A stretch of DNA of 64,000 nucleotides, from assembly GCA_029259115.1 (NCBI GenBank), contig JAPDJO010000029.1:60975-124974 (forward strand), in the 5' to 3' direction. Positions 52,060 to 62,357 of this stretch are shown piece after piece. The stretch's first letter is position 1; the number at the start of each line of letters is the position of its first letter. Source of the DNA: Thermoplasmatota archaeon. Its GTDB lineage: Archaea > Thermoplasmatota > E2 > DHVEG-1 > B18-G2. Position numbers and translations under genes: made by a program. The notes under the pieces were generated by a model, which was not told the DNA's origin, searched no databases, and saw only the letters and a list, made by a program, of their open reading frames with translations.

Positions 52060-52692
52060 ATGGGTAAACATCTCGTAGAATTGCTCAACGAAAAAAGAAT
52101 TTTTCGGTGGAATAGGAAGAATCTGCTTACAAAGTCCCTTGCTATATTGATCTATCAGGCAGGTCTATCTTATAGAAAGACAAGAAGGGTGTTGAATCTG
52201 ATGGAGGAATTCTCCCATGAATCAGTGAGGAAGTGGTATACAAGGTGTAAGAGCCTGTTTGATGTAAGGAAGAGGTGGAGAAGAGCAATTGCCGTTGATG
52301 AGACAAAAGTCAAATTGGAGAACAAACAGATCTATATCTGGAATGCAATAGATGTAGATAGCAGAGTTATTTTGGCAGTCCATGTATCGGAAACAAGAAC
52401 AACCCTAGATGCAATATATTTTCTTAAGAGAGTTCTGGAATGTTGTGAAAATAAGCCACTGATCTTGGTGGATAGAGGTCCATGGTATAGATTCGCTCTG
52501 AAGAGGCTCGGTCTGGAATGCAAGCATCAGAGGTTTGGGGAGAGGAATGCAATAGAACAGTGGTATGGTTTATTGAAATCCAAGTTGAAATCGTTCTGGA
52601 AGAGATTTCCATACCACAGTTCTTTACAATCAGTAAAGAGCTGGATTGTAGCTTGGTGTGCAATCTACAATCTGGAAGTGAGAAATTGTTGA
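52060..52692 (+). CDS. IS6-family DDE transposase
   Basis: AVDETKVK, WNAID, VDRGPWY, RNAIEQW. Confidence 0.93.
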   Translation: MGKHLVELLNEKRIFRWNRKNLLTKSLAILIYQAGLSYRKTRRVLNLMEEFSHESVRKWYTRCKSLFDVRKRWRRAIAVDETKVKLENKQIYIWNAIDVDSRVILAVHVSETRTTLDAIYFLKRVLECCENKPLILVDRGPWYRFALKRLGLECKHQRFGERNAIEQWYGLLKSKLKSFWKRFPYHSSLQSVKSWIVAWCAIYNLEVRNC

Positions 52693-52747
52693 CAGTCTCG
52701 AGATAACAAATCCAAAAGCCTAAATAAGATCTCGTCTATCTGAAATC

Positions 52748-53614
52748 ATGTATGTGGTTCCAGGATCTGCATCTAAGAGCATAGCCAGTCATCTCGTCAG
52801 AGAGCTCTCAGCTGATACAGCTGATGTTGAGATAAGGAGGTTTATAGATGGAGAATGCTACGTTAGAGTGAAAAGCGATCTTAAAGGAGAAGATGTTATC
52901 ATCGTGCAAAATACATACCCTGATGAAAATATCATAGAGACTATACTCCTCAAGTCTGCTGTGAAAGATATGGAACCAAAGAGCATAACTCTTGTAATAC
53001 CTTACCTTGGTTATGCTAGGCAAGATAGGAAATTCCAAGATGGAGAAGCTGTAAGCGCAAAAGCCCTAGCAAGAATCTTGAGTATAGATGTTGATCTAGT
53101 GATAACTGTGGATCCTCATAAGAATTATATCGTTGATTTCTTTGAGACCAAAGCTTCTTTCTGCTCAGCTGTTCCAGAGATAGTAAAATATCTCCTTCCT
53201 AAAGATATAGATGTTGTGCTTGCGCCAGATAAGGGAGCCGTTGAGAGAGCAGAAGAAGCTGCCAAAATCCTCGGTTGTGAAAGCGACTTCTTAGAAAAGA
53301 AAAGAATAAGTGATGAAATTGTCGAGATGAAGCCCAAAGAGATAGAGGTCAAGAAGAAGACGGTAGCAATCATAGACGACATCATCTCAACTGGAGGAAC
53401 GATGGCAAAAGCCGTGGAAGAAATAAGGAAACAAGGCGCTAAAGATGTATACGTTGCATGTACCCATGGTTTGTTCATAGGAAATGCCATAGACAAGATA
53501 AATAGAGCTGGGGCAACAGAAATAATATCTACAGATACGATAGAAAATGCCTACAGCAAGGTTAAGGTTGCTCCTCAGATAGCAAAAACACTGAAAGAGA
53601 ATTTTCCAAACTAA
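52748..53614 (+). CDS. prs: Ribose-phosphate pyrophosphokinase
   Basis: FIDGE, PYLGYARQD, APDKG, IIDDIISTGGT. Confidence 0.96.
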   Translation: MYVVPGSASKSIASHLVRELSADTADVEIRRFIDGECYVRVKSDLKGEDVIIVQNTYPDENIIETILLKSAVKDMEPKSITLVIPYLGYARQDRKFQDGEAVSAKALARILSIDVDLVITVDPHKNYIVDFFETKASFCSAVPEIVKYLLPKDIDVVLAPDKGAVERAEEAAKILGCESDFLEKKRISDEIVEMKPKEIEVKKKTVAIIDDIISTGGTMAKAVEEIRKQGAKDVYVACTHGLFIGNAIDKINRAGATEIISTDTIENAYSKVKVAPQIAKTLKENFPN

Positions 53615-53662
53615 AGGTATTTATAAAGAAAACTTTTTACGCTTTGGAAGTTTGGTGATAGT

Positions 53663-56600
53663 ATGCTGAAGAAAGCTAAGATAGAAAAAAAGGACTTAGT
53701 AATAGCTACATCTCTGGCATTCATAGTCTTCCTGACCCTATTCCTAGCATCATATTTCAACGCTACATCTGGGGAAGCTATAAATCCAAACGCTACTGAT
53801 CTCGAGGACAAATACTATCTTTCTGGTCCTGACCCTTACTATAATATGAGGGTTGTTAAGAAAGAGTTTGAGACAGGTCATTATCCATATTGGAGTAAAG
53901 ATAATCCAGATCCTCTGTTGAATTATCCTATAGGAAAAGCCAATTCGAGACCCCCTTTATTCAATACTCTATTCGTAATTTTGGCTAAATTCCTCTCTCT
54001 ATTTATGAGTGACATAGATGCAATAGGTTTATCAATGCAGTTTCTACCCTCTCTCTACGGTGCACTCTTGGTTATACCAGTTTATTTGATAGCGACGTTG
54101 TTATTTAATAGAAAAGTAGGTCTACTAGCAGCTTTGATGATTCCTCTTATTCCAATTCACCTCGGATCTGGTCACGGATCAGCTTATTCTCTTGCAGACC
54201 ACGATTCTTTCATACTTCTGCTGGGAACAACACTATACTTCTTTGTTTTGAAAAGTCTTCATGAAAATGAATTAAAGAAATCGATGATATTTGCCGGAAT
54301 AGCTGGAGTCTTTCTAGGTATGGAAGTCTTGTCTTGGGCTGGAGCCTATTTCTATTTTGCGTTTCTCGCGTTGTACTTTGTTCTATTGATGTTTGTAGAT
54401 ATAGTGAGGTATAATGCCAATCTCAAGAATTTCCTTACAGCTGTAATAACAATGTTCGTTGGCTTAGCCTTGGCTTTTCCATCCTATCTTGCTAAAGGGT
54501 ACATACATAGCATCACCCTCTTCTCGTCTATAGCGGTTATGCTTTTCGGTTCAATCTACATATTTCTATCAAAAAAGAAATTACCATGGCTCATAACAGT
54601 TCCATCTATCATTGGACTAGCTGTGATAGCTCTAGGTGCATTATATTTGGTTAAAGATTCGACTAATCCAGCTTTGTATCCTCTTGCCAGATTTGCAAAT
54701 CACATATTTGGAGGATTGGCATACGTTCAAAAGAGCAAAGTCTACCTTACTATCGCAGAGGCATCGACATTTGGAATAAGCAGAACCATAATGTCTTTTG
54801 GTCCAGCATTATATCTCATAGCGTGGGCTGGCTTTCTATATCTTATAATCTGGAAAAGACTGGTTAGAAAGTGGGATGGGGTATCGTTATTCATAACAGT
54901 TTGGTTTATTGTTGAGGTATACCTCACAGGCTCAGCAGGTCGTTTCATCAACGATCTCGTTCCTCTCGTTGCATTTCTCTCAGCTGGAGCCATATGGTCT
55001 TTGATTGATAAGCTAAACTTCAAGCAGATGATAAGATCCTTGAGAAATGTTAGAGACTTTAGAGGTCTGAGGAAAGCAATTAAGATATCTCATGTTTTGG
55101 GTATAATATTTCTTGCATTTGTTGTTGTGATACCCAACTCTTTCCTATCCTTGGATGCAGCAGTACCATCTGCAGAGAAGGGTAAGATGTTTGGAAAGGA
55201 TTATCAGGGAGCTTTTGGCTTAGGTCTACATACAGAGAAATACTGGGAAGATGCCTTTAAATGGATTAGACAGCAGGATAGAGAAATTAAGGAGGAAGAA
55301 AAAAGGCCAGCCTTCATATCATGGTGGGACTATGGATTTTACTGTGTAGCTATGGGAGAGCATCCAACAGTAGCGGATAACTTCCAGAGCGGTATAGAGG
55401 CTGCAGGAAACTTCCACACAGCAGAAAGTGAAAAAGAAGCCATAGCCGTTCTGGTAGTAAGGTTAGCAGAAGGAGATATGGCCAAGCACGATGGAATATT
55501 ATCAGAAGGTGTTAAAGCTATATTTGACAAATATCTCGGAAACAATTCTACAAAACTTGTAGATATATTGGAAGATCCTATACATCACAGAGGCACATCA
55601 AACTCATCTTACGGAAAAATCATTGGAGAAAAGTATGGTGGAGAGAAGTATAGAGTGAGAGAAAAGAATGCCATGTATCATGATGCCGTGAAACTACTAA
55701 CAGATCTTCTGGACGAGGAACAAATGGTCATGCTATATAGAGATTTACAACTCAAAACAGGATGGAGCATAAGATACTATGGAGTTGAGGGTTACGATGT
55801 GAATATTTTTAACGTGTTCACTTTTCTATCTGACAAGGGAGTTTTCGGATTCGAGACCAGCGAGGACGATTACTTTAAGTTGCATTACAAAGACAAGTAC
55901 GGCAGGCTACATACGCCCGAGGAAATAGAAAATCTGAGCCAGCAGTTAACCAGAGAGGACATAGAAAATCTACAACTAGTTCCTTGGATACAAAGAAAAG
56001 ATCCATTTTATAAATCCATGGTTTACAGGGTATATCTTGGAAGCACTCCAAGAGATCTCTTTGAGATGGGAGTAAATGGGACTGTTAGCTTTGGAATAAT
56101 ACCATTTCTATCAGATAACAAGACAGATCCATTCGGAAAAGGGAATTACTATTATCAGCCAACTGCAGGACTAAAGCATTTTGTGATAAAATATCTGTCT
56201 CCATTAAATCTGACAAAATCTTTATATTTCCATAGAGGAAGTCTGTGTCTTGGGATGCCTGCTGTTGTTATTGCCAAGTATTACGAGGGAGCAAAGATAA
56301 ATGGTACAGTAAGGTGTATGAATAGACCTATGGCCTTTGTAATTGCTACTGTTAGGGATGATTTCAGACAAACTCTACAAACAAAACTTGTGAATGGTAG
56401 GGTAGTTAACAGAACCGTAGAGAAGATACCTCACGATGCCACATTTACAGACACAAACGGAAACTTCAGCCTGATAGCCCCGGCTGGAAATATAACGATA
56501 TCCATAGAAGTGGCTGTAGACCAGTATCATAGATATAAGCTAAAAGAGATAACATTTAACTCAACAACAGACCCTGAGCTATATCCCATATCAGAAGAGG

Positions 56601-57541
56601 AAGCTATGCGTATGCCAGGCGTTGACTACAATAGAACCATAAACATAACCATAGATCCTGCAAGTCTCGAAGGCATAATATTTGACGATGTTAATGGAAA
56701 CGGGAGTTATGAGAAGGGTATAGACCAACCTCTCTCAAATGTTGAGGTAAGACTGAGGAATAGACTCACAAGAGAAAGCTACACTCTCTTCACAAACTCA
56801 TCAGGTTATTACAATATATCAGACATATTTCCAGGTATATACGAGATAAAAGCATACTATCAGACCTTCGAGATACATAACAGCTCTATTCTTTTCCTTG
56901 CGCCTGGCGAAAATTACTATAACATAACCAAGCCAAAACCATCTGGAGTGGAGGGAATCGTGTACTATGATAAGAATAACAATGGAAGCTATGATAAAGG
57001 AGAGGAAATGGAGGGAGTGAACGTGAAAATCATTTATAGCAGAACGAATTTAACCGTGGCAACAACTATAACAAATGAAACTGGACATTACAAGTTTACC
57101 GATATCGTACCCGGAGAGTATAAGCTGAATGCAACCTTAGTAAACTCAACAACAGGAAACCTTGCTTATGTTGCTGATGTTGATGTACTATTAGAGGAAA
57201 ATGAAACAACAGAAGTAAACGTAGCATTGAACCTAGCTAAGATAAAAGTATCAGGTCATACACTCTACAATAATAGCGCCCTGGATAATGTAACTATAGA
57301 TTTCACACCATCAAAAGATGTTGAAGACAATACTGCACAATATGAATCTGTAAAGTCTAACGAAACAGGATACTTTGAAGTATACTTAACGCCCGGCGTA
57401 TACAACATATCTGCATACAAATATGAGTTTGTAAACCAGACTAACGAATCCATATACTACAGCTATGAAGGAAGAATAGAAATCAAGATAGCTCAATCTC
57501 CGGTGACGAACTACAATATAGCTTTAACCAGAAAGAAGTGA
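53663..57541 (+). CDS. aglB: Oligosaccharyltransferase AglB/STT3 with C-terminal beta-sandwich repeats
   Basis: DPYY, multi-TM N-terminal half, DHD, TIAE, WWDYG; C-terminal carboxypeptidase-regulatory-like repeats. Confidence 0.93.
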   Translation: MLKKAKIEKKDLVIATSLAFIVFLTLFLASYFNATSGEAINPNATDLEDKYYLSGPDPYYNMRVVKKEFETGHYPYWSKDNPDPLLNYPIGKANSRPPLFNTLFVILAKFLSLFMSDIDAIGLSMQFLPSLYGALLVIPVYLIATLLFNRKVGLLAALMIPLIPIHLGSGHGSAYSLADHDSFILLLGTTLYFFVLKSLHENELKKSMIFAGIAGVFLGMEVLSWAGAYFYFAFLALYFVLLMFVDIVRYNANLKNFLTAVITMFVGLALAFPSYLAKGYIHSITLFSSIAVMLFGSIYIFLSKKKLPWLITVPSIIGLAVIALGALYLVKDSTNPALYPLARFANHIFGGLAYVQKSKVYLTIAEASTFGISRTIMSFGPALYLIAWAGFLYLIIWKRLVRKWDGVSLFITVWFIVEVYLTGSAGRFINDLVPLVAFLSAGAIWSLIDKLNFKQMIRSLRNVRDFRGLRKAIKISHVLGIIFLAFVVVIPNSFLSLDAAVPSAEKGKMFGKDYQGAFGLGLHTEKYWEDAFKWIRQQDREIKEEEKRPAFISWWDYGFYCVAMGEHPTVADNFQSGIEAAGNFHTAESEKEAIAVLVVRLAEGDMAKHDGILSEGVKAIFDKYLGNNSTKLVDILEDPIHHRGTSNSSYGKIIGEKYGGEKYRVREKNAMYHDAVKLLTDLLDEEQMVMLYRDLQLKTGWSIRYYGVEGYDVNIFNVFTFLSDKGVFGFETSEDDYFKLHYKDKYGRLHTPEEIENLSQQLTREDIENLQLVPWIQRKDPFYKSMVYRVYLGSTPRDLFEMGVNGTVSFGIIPFLSDNKTDPFGKGNYYYQPTAGLKHFVIKYLSPLNLTKSLYFHRGSLCLGMPAVVIAKYYEGAKINGTVRCMNRPMAFVIATVRDDFRQTLQTKLVNGRVVNRTVEKIPHDATFTDTNGNFSLIAPAGNITISIEVAVDQYHRYKLKEITFNSTTDPELYPISEEEAMRMPGVDYNRTINITIDPASLEGIIFDDVNGNGSYEKGIDQPLSNVEVRLRNRLTRESYTLFTNSSGYYNISDIFPGIYEIKAYYQTFEIHNSSILFLAPGENYYNITKPKPSGVEGIVYYDKNNNGSYDKGEEMEGVNVKIIYSRTNLTVATTITNETGHYKFTDIVPGEYKLNATLVNSTTGNLAYVADVDVLLEENETTEVNVALNLAKIKVSGHTLYNNSALDNVTIDFTPSKDVEDNTAQYESVKSNETGYFEVYLTPGVYNISAYKYEFVNQTNESIYYSYEGRIEIKIAQSPVTNYNIALTRKK

Positions 57542-57571
57542 TATCTTTTTAATAATCAAGCCTATTAATCA

Positions 57572-58183
57572 GTGATGCTCACAAAGGAGGAAGGCGAAAA
57601 GGCTGTTAAATTTGCTAGGGAAACTGTCGATAGGTATGTTAAAGGAGAGAAGATAGAAGATAGAGATCTGGGGAAAAAATTTAGAGAGAAATCTGGAGCT
57701 TTCGTTACTATACTAACTTACCCTGATAGAGATTTAAGAGGATGTATAGGCATACCTGAGCCGATATACGATCTAAAAACATCCATAATCGAGTCAGCAA
57801 AGTCCGCAACAAGAGATCCGAGATTTCCTCCTCTCACAAGAGAAGAACTACCAAACATAATCATAGAAGTAACCATACTTACTCCACCGAGATTGATAGA
57901 GGTTAGAAGTCCAAAAGAATATCTCGAAAAAATAAAGATAGGTAGAGATGGCCTAATTGTTGAGAAAGGATTTTACAGAGGATTGTTACTACCTCAAGTT
58001 CCGGTTGAATGGAAATGGGATGTTGAAGAGTTTTTATCCCAAACATGCATCAAGGCAGGCTTACCCCCAGATGCTTGGATAGATGAGGATACAAAAGTAT
58101 ACAGTTTTCAGGGTCAAATATTTGCTGAAAGAGAACCTTATGGAGAGGTAGAGGAGAGGAAAATTGATAGAGAAGGTAATTGA
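57572..58183 (+). CDS. AMMECR1/TIGR00296 family protein
   Basis: GAFVT, LRGCIG, DPRF, GLLLPQV. Confidence 0.92.
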   Translation: MMLTKEEGEKAVKFARETVDRYVKGEKIEDRDLGKKFREKSGAFVTILTYPDRDLRGCIGIPEPIYDLKTSIIESAKSATRDPRFPPLTREELPNIIIEVTILTPPRLIEVRSPKEYLEKIKIGRDGLIVEKGFYRGLLLPQVPVEWKWDVEEFLSQTCIKAGLPPDAWIDEDTKVYSFQGQIFAEREPYGEVEERKIDREGN

Positions 58184-59450
58184 GGGGAAAGTCTACACAA
58201 GAGGAAAAATCTTGGAGTGCTGTGTAGGGATAGAGAGAGGAAGGATAGTATCTTTAAAAAGAATACTTGATGGAGAAGAGAAAATAAAGATAAGAAGAGG
58301 TATTATACTCCCTGCTGGAATAGACATACATGTTCACTTCAGAGAACCAGGATATGAATATAAGGAAGATTTTTCCACAGGCTCTCTATCAGCACTTTAT
58401 GGAGGGATAACGTGTATAGCTGATATGCCCAATACCAACCCTCCAACTTTAGATACAATCTCGTTTAAGGAAAAGTTATCTATGGCAAAAAGAAAATCCT
58501 ATGTTGATTTTGTTCTCTATATCGGTGTAACTGAGAGCAATGTGGATAAACTTGATGAAATATCTAAACTATCTAATCTACTAAAGATATATCTGGGAGA
58601 AAGTACGGGTTCATTATTCCTTGATTCAAGCAATTTAGAAAAATTGAAGGAAATAGAAGAAAAAAAACTCATTGTTTTCCATGCAGAAGATAGAAAATGC
58701 TTGGACAAGAATAGATTTCAAGCTAGAAATCTAAAGGAATATGCAAAGTCAAGGCCCTCTGCATGCGAAAGTATAGCTATAAGGAAAATCATGGAAAATT
58801 TAGGTGGTACAAATCACAGAATCCATATAGCTCATATCTCTTCTCTGTCTGGTTTGAAAGAGCTAGAGCATAGAGATGATAACACAACTATCGGAATAAC
58901 TCCCCACCATCTATTTTTCAATATTGAGCAAGATCTTGAGGAAGAATCTCTCTACAAAGTAAATCCGCCGATAAGAGGAAGAATAAACCAGGAAGGACTT
59001 ATTGAGGCATTTCTAAACAAAGAAATAGATATACTTGAGTCTGATCATGCTCCGCACAGCTTGGATGAAAAGGAGATGAGTTTTGAAGAATCTCCTGCCG
59101 GTATACCAGGCGTTGAGACCATGTATCCGATAATGATGTATTACTTTGTTAAAAAAAATCTGCCACTTAGCAGGCTAATCAATGCTATATCTGAAAAACC
59201 TGCAGACCTTCTGGGAGTTAACAAAGGAAGAATAGAAGAGGGTAGAGATGCAGATATGGTGATATTTGATCTTAAGAATGTAAAAAGAATAGACGATCAA
59301 GATGTACATTATAAATGTGGATTTACACCATTTAAAGGATTTAAGGCAATATTTCCAGAGAAGGTTTTCATAAGGGGAGAAGAAGCTATAGATGGTGAGG
59401 AGTGCTTGATAGAGAAAGGATTCGGCAAATATCTAGGAGAGATTAGATGA
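58164..59450 (+). CDS. pyrC: Dihydroorotase
   Basis: DIHVHFREPG, DMPNTNP, HAED, PHHL, KVNPPIR, SDHAPH. Confidence 0.92.
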   Translation: MIEKVIEGKVYTRGKILECCVGIERGRIVSLKRILDGEEKIKIRRGIILPAGIDIHVHFREPGYEYKEDFSTGSLSALYGGITCIADMPNTNPPTLDTISFKEKLSMAKRKSYVDFVLYIGVTESNVDKLDEISKLSNLLKIYLGESTGSLFLDSSNLEKLKEIEEKKLIVFHAEDRKCLDKNRFQARNLKEYAKSRPSACESIAIRKIMENLGGTNHRIHIAHISSLSGLKELEHRDDNTTIGITPHHLFFNIEQDLEEESLYKVNPPIRGRINQEGLIEAFLNKEIDILESDHAPHSLDEKEMSFEESPAGIPGVETMYPIMMYYFVKKNLPLSRLINAISEKPADLLGVNKGRIEEGRDADMVIFDLKNVKRIDDQDVHYKCGFTPFKGFKAIFPEKVFIRGEEAIDGEECLIEKGFGKYLGEIR

Positions 59451-60310
59451 GGTCATTAAGACTCTTTCTAAAAGGACTATGCATGGGATCTGCAGATATA
59501 ATACCAGGAATATCCGGAGGAACTATAGCTTTGATCCTAGGTATATATGAAGAGCTTGTTTTTTCGATAAAATCAATAGATCTGAAGATTGTCCCATACG
59601 GCTTTGCTGCGATATTTAGAAAAGAATACAGGAAGAAAGTCAAAGAGCTCTTTCTTTCCATAAGGTTTGATTTTTTAGTACCATTGCTCATAGGTATAAT
59701 AACAGCTTTTCTTTTACTTGCCAGAATCATAAGCGAGATATTATTGCATTACAGACCTCTGATATACTCTTTCTTCTTAGGCTTAATCCTAGCATCTGCT
59801 GTAGTTGTATATTTGAGAATCGGTAAATTCAAGCTGATGTATATACTCCATCTCTCCATCGGAGTAATCTCAGCTTACCTCTTTCTCAGTTCTACAGGTA
59901 TCTATTTGAACCACTCTTTGCCTGTAATATTTTTGTCCGGAGTGGTATCGATCTGCGCCATGATACTTCCTGGAATATCAGGGGCTTTCATCATGGTATT
60001 TCTTGGGCAATACGAGTACATGATAACAGCTCTGAAAAACTTCTATCTACCTCCTCTTGTAACCTATGTAGTTGGAGCATTTATTGGAATAATAGCCTTC
60101 TCTCACGTTCTCTCTAGACTCTTGAAGAGATACAGAAATGCTGTTTTGTCTTTCCTAGTTGGACTCATGATAGGTGGTCTCAAAGTTCCTATAAGTAAAG
60201 TAGGGTCGATAAATCTATTTACGATATCCTGTTTTATGGTGGGTCTGTTCCTTGTGATATTCGTAGAAATATACGCGTCGAGGAGGAAAAGGAGATGGAT
60301 CCAGAGCTGA
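59447..60310 (+). CDS. DUF368 family membrane protein (polyprenyl-phosphate translocase-like)
   Basis: MGSADIIPGISGGT and AMILPGISG repeats; many TM helices. Confidence 0.9.
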   Translation: MRSLRLFLKGLCMGSADIIPGISGGTIALILGIYEELVFSIKSIDLKIVPYGFAAIFRKEYRKKVKELFLSIRFDFLVPLLIGIITAFLLLARIISEILLHYRPLIYSFFLGLILASAVVVYLRIGKFKLMYILHLSIGVISAYLFLSSTGIYLNHSLPVIFLSGVVSICAMILPGISGAFIMVFLGQYEYMITALKNFYLPPLVTYVVGAFIGIIAFSHVLSRLLKRYRNAVLSFLVGLMIGGLKVPISKVGSINLFTISCFMVGLFLVIFVEIYASRRKRRWIQS

Positions 60311-61062
60311 TAAGATTGGCGAATGATATAGCAAACTCGATAGCTAATAAGATTAGAGGTGAAGACAAGAATAGATTGAGAAAAAACATCGGAGTAGGAG
60401 CCGATGGAACACCAACCAAGCTTATTGATAAGATGGCTGAGGATATAGCTATAGAAAAGATACAGGAATCACCCCTTCCCGTCAACCTTCTAAGTGAGGA
60501 GATAGGTTTCATGGATTTTGGTGGAATCTACACCATAATCCTAGATCCAATAGACGGAACAAGAAATGCTGTTAGAGGAATACCTTTTTATGCCGTATCT
60601 GTAGCTATAGGGAAGGACAGGTTAAAAGACACTGAGTATGGAATAGTTATAAACATACCAACCGGAGATACATTCTTTGCAGAAAAAGGGAAAGGGGCGT
60701 ATCTCAATAATCATAGGATAATATCTCCCCAGTACATTCCAAAAAAACCTCTTTATTCTATAATGATGAGCGAGAATATCCCAGAGTTTATATTTGATAA
60801 TCACATAAGATCTCTCGGGGCTGCATCCCTTGAGCTATCCTTGGTTGCTATGGGTGCTATAGACTGTTTTGTATGTACAAAAGAATACCTTAGGATTACC
60901 GATCTAGCTGCTGGAACTTTGATAGTCAGAGAGGCTGGAGGTTTTGTCTATGATATCGAGGGTAGAGAGCTGGATATGAATCTAGATGTTACAGAGAGAA
61001 CCAGTGTGATAGCTTCAACCAATGAGAGAATGATATTTGAGATACTCGAGGTAATCAAATAA
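60295..61062 (+). CDS. Inositol monophosphatase/FBPase family protein
   Basis: GADGTPT, SEE, LDPIDGT, RSLGAASLE, D.AAG. Confidence 0.92.
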   Translation: MDPELIRLANDIANSIANKIRGEDKNRLRKNIGVGADGTPTKLIDKMAEDIAIEKIQESPLPVNLLSEEIGFMDFGGIYTIILDPIDGTRNAVRGIPFYAVSVAIGKDRLKDTEYGIVINIPTGDTFFAEKGKGAYLNNHRIISPQYIPKKPLYSIMMSENIPEFIFDNHIRSLGAASLELSLVAMGAIDCFVCTKEYLRITDLAAGTLIVREAGGFVYDIEGRELDMNLDVTERTSVIASTNERMIFEILEVIK

Positions 61063-61103
61063 AATTATATTTCCAGCAAGTATTCTTCATTTGAGGAGGT
61101 AAA

Positions 61104-62357
61104 ATGTGTAAAATAGATTATCTTAAGGCTAGGCAGATTTTGGATTCCAGAGGTAACCCAACTGTTGAGGTTGAGGTAGGATCAGGAAAATTCAGGGCAT
61201 CTGCATGCGCACCATCTGGAGCATCCACAGGAAGCAATGAAGCTTTAGAGTTGAGAGATAAGGGTAAAGAGTATCTGGGAAAATCTGTCAAGAAAGCGGT
61301 AGAAAATGTTAACAACATAATAGCTCCAAAACTGAGAGATATAGACCCTAGAGAGCAGAGAGAGATAGATAAGATGATGATAGAGTTGGATGGGACAGAA
61401 AATAAATCAAGGTTAGGAGCGAATGCTATAGTTGCATGTTCCATGGCATGCTCGAGGTTAGCTTCTCTATGTGAGGGTAAAGAACTGTATGAACATCTTG
61501 GTGAAGTTTTTGGCTTTGATCCAAAAATATTACCGGTGCCTGCCATGAATGTGATAAATGGCGGTAAACATGCTGGAAATGATTTGGATATTCAGGAGCA
61601 TATGATCATGCCTGTTAATGCTGAGAATTTTTCCGAGGCTTTAAGGTATGGGACGGAAGTTTATCATATCCTAAAGGAAAAGATACTTTCAAAGTATGGA
61701 AAATCTTCAATCAACGTTGGAGATGAGGGTGGATATGCTCCTCCACTAAAAGAAACCAGAGAGGCCTTTGATTTGATAGTAGAAGCTATAGAAGAGTTAG
61801 GATATCAAGATAATGTGAAGTTAGCTTTTGATGCTGCTGCTAGCGAATTCTTCGATGGAGAGAGTTACAAATTAGGTGGCAAAATTTTCTCATCCAGTGA
61901 GCTAGTTGATTTCTATGGCGAATTGATAGAAACATATGATATAATATCTGCAGAGGATCCCTTTGGCGAAGAAGATTGGGATGGATTTATAGAATTCACA
62001 AAAAGGTTTGGAAGCAAAATTCAGATAGTTGGAGATGATCTTTTTGTTACAAACATCAATAGACTGAGGAAAGGAATAGATCTTGGAGCATGCAATGCAC
62101 TGCTTTTGAAAGTTAATCAAATTGGAACAGTTAGCGAAGCCATAGATGCTGCAAAAATGGCTTTTGATAATGGATACAGAGTCATGGTATCTCACAGATC
62201 CGGAGAGACTTGTGATGATTTTATTGCAGATTTAGCAGTTGCTATAAACTGTGGACAGATAAAAACTGGGGCACCAGCCAGAGGAGAGAGAGTTTCTAAA
62301 TATAATAGGCTGTTAAAAATAGAAGAAAAAGAAGGATTTATTTACGGAGTCGGATAA
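61104..62357 (+). CDS. eno: Enolase
   Basis: DSRGNPT, PSGASTG, GDEGG, SHRSGET, IKTG. Confidence 0.97.
   Translation: MCKIDYLKARQILDSRGNPTVEVEVGSGKFRASACAPSGASTGSNEALELRDKGKEYLGKSVKKAVENVNNIIAPKLRDIDPREQREIDKMMIELDGTENKSRLGANAIVACSMACSRLASLCEGKELYEHLGEVFGFDPKILPVPAMNVINGGKHAGNDLDIQEHMIMPVNAENFSEALRYGTEVYHILKEKILSKYGKSSINVGDEGGYAPPLKETREAFDLIVEAIEELGYQDNVKLAFDAAASEFFDGESYKLGGKIFSSSELVDFYGELIETYDIISAEDPFGEEDWDGFIEFTKRFGSKIQIVGDDLFVTNINRLRKGIDLGACNALLLKVNQIGTVSEAIDAAKMAFDNGYRVMVSHRSGETCDDFIADLAVAINCGQIKTGAPARGERVSKYNRLLKIEEKEGFIYGVG

Larger units (their letters stand above)
51991..52699 (+). mobile_element. IS6-family insertion sequence (709 bp)
   Basis: Terminal IRs GAGACTGTCAAC (51991-52002) / GTTGACAGTCTC (52688-52699); single DDE transposase; no target duplication seen. 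Confidence 0.93.
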
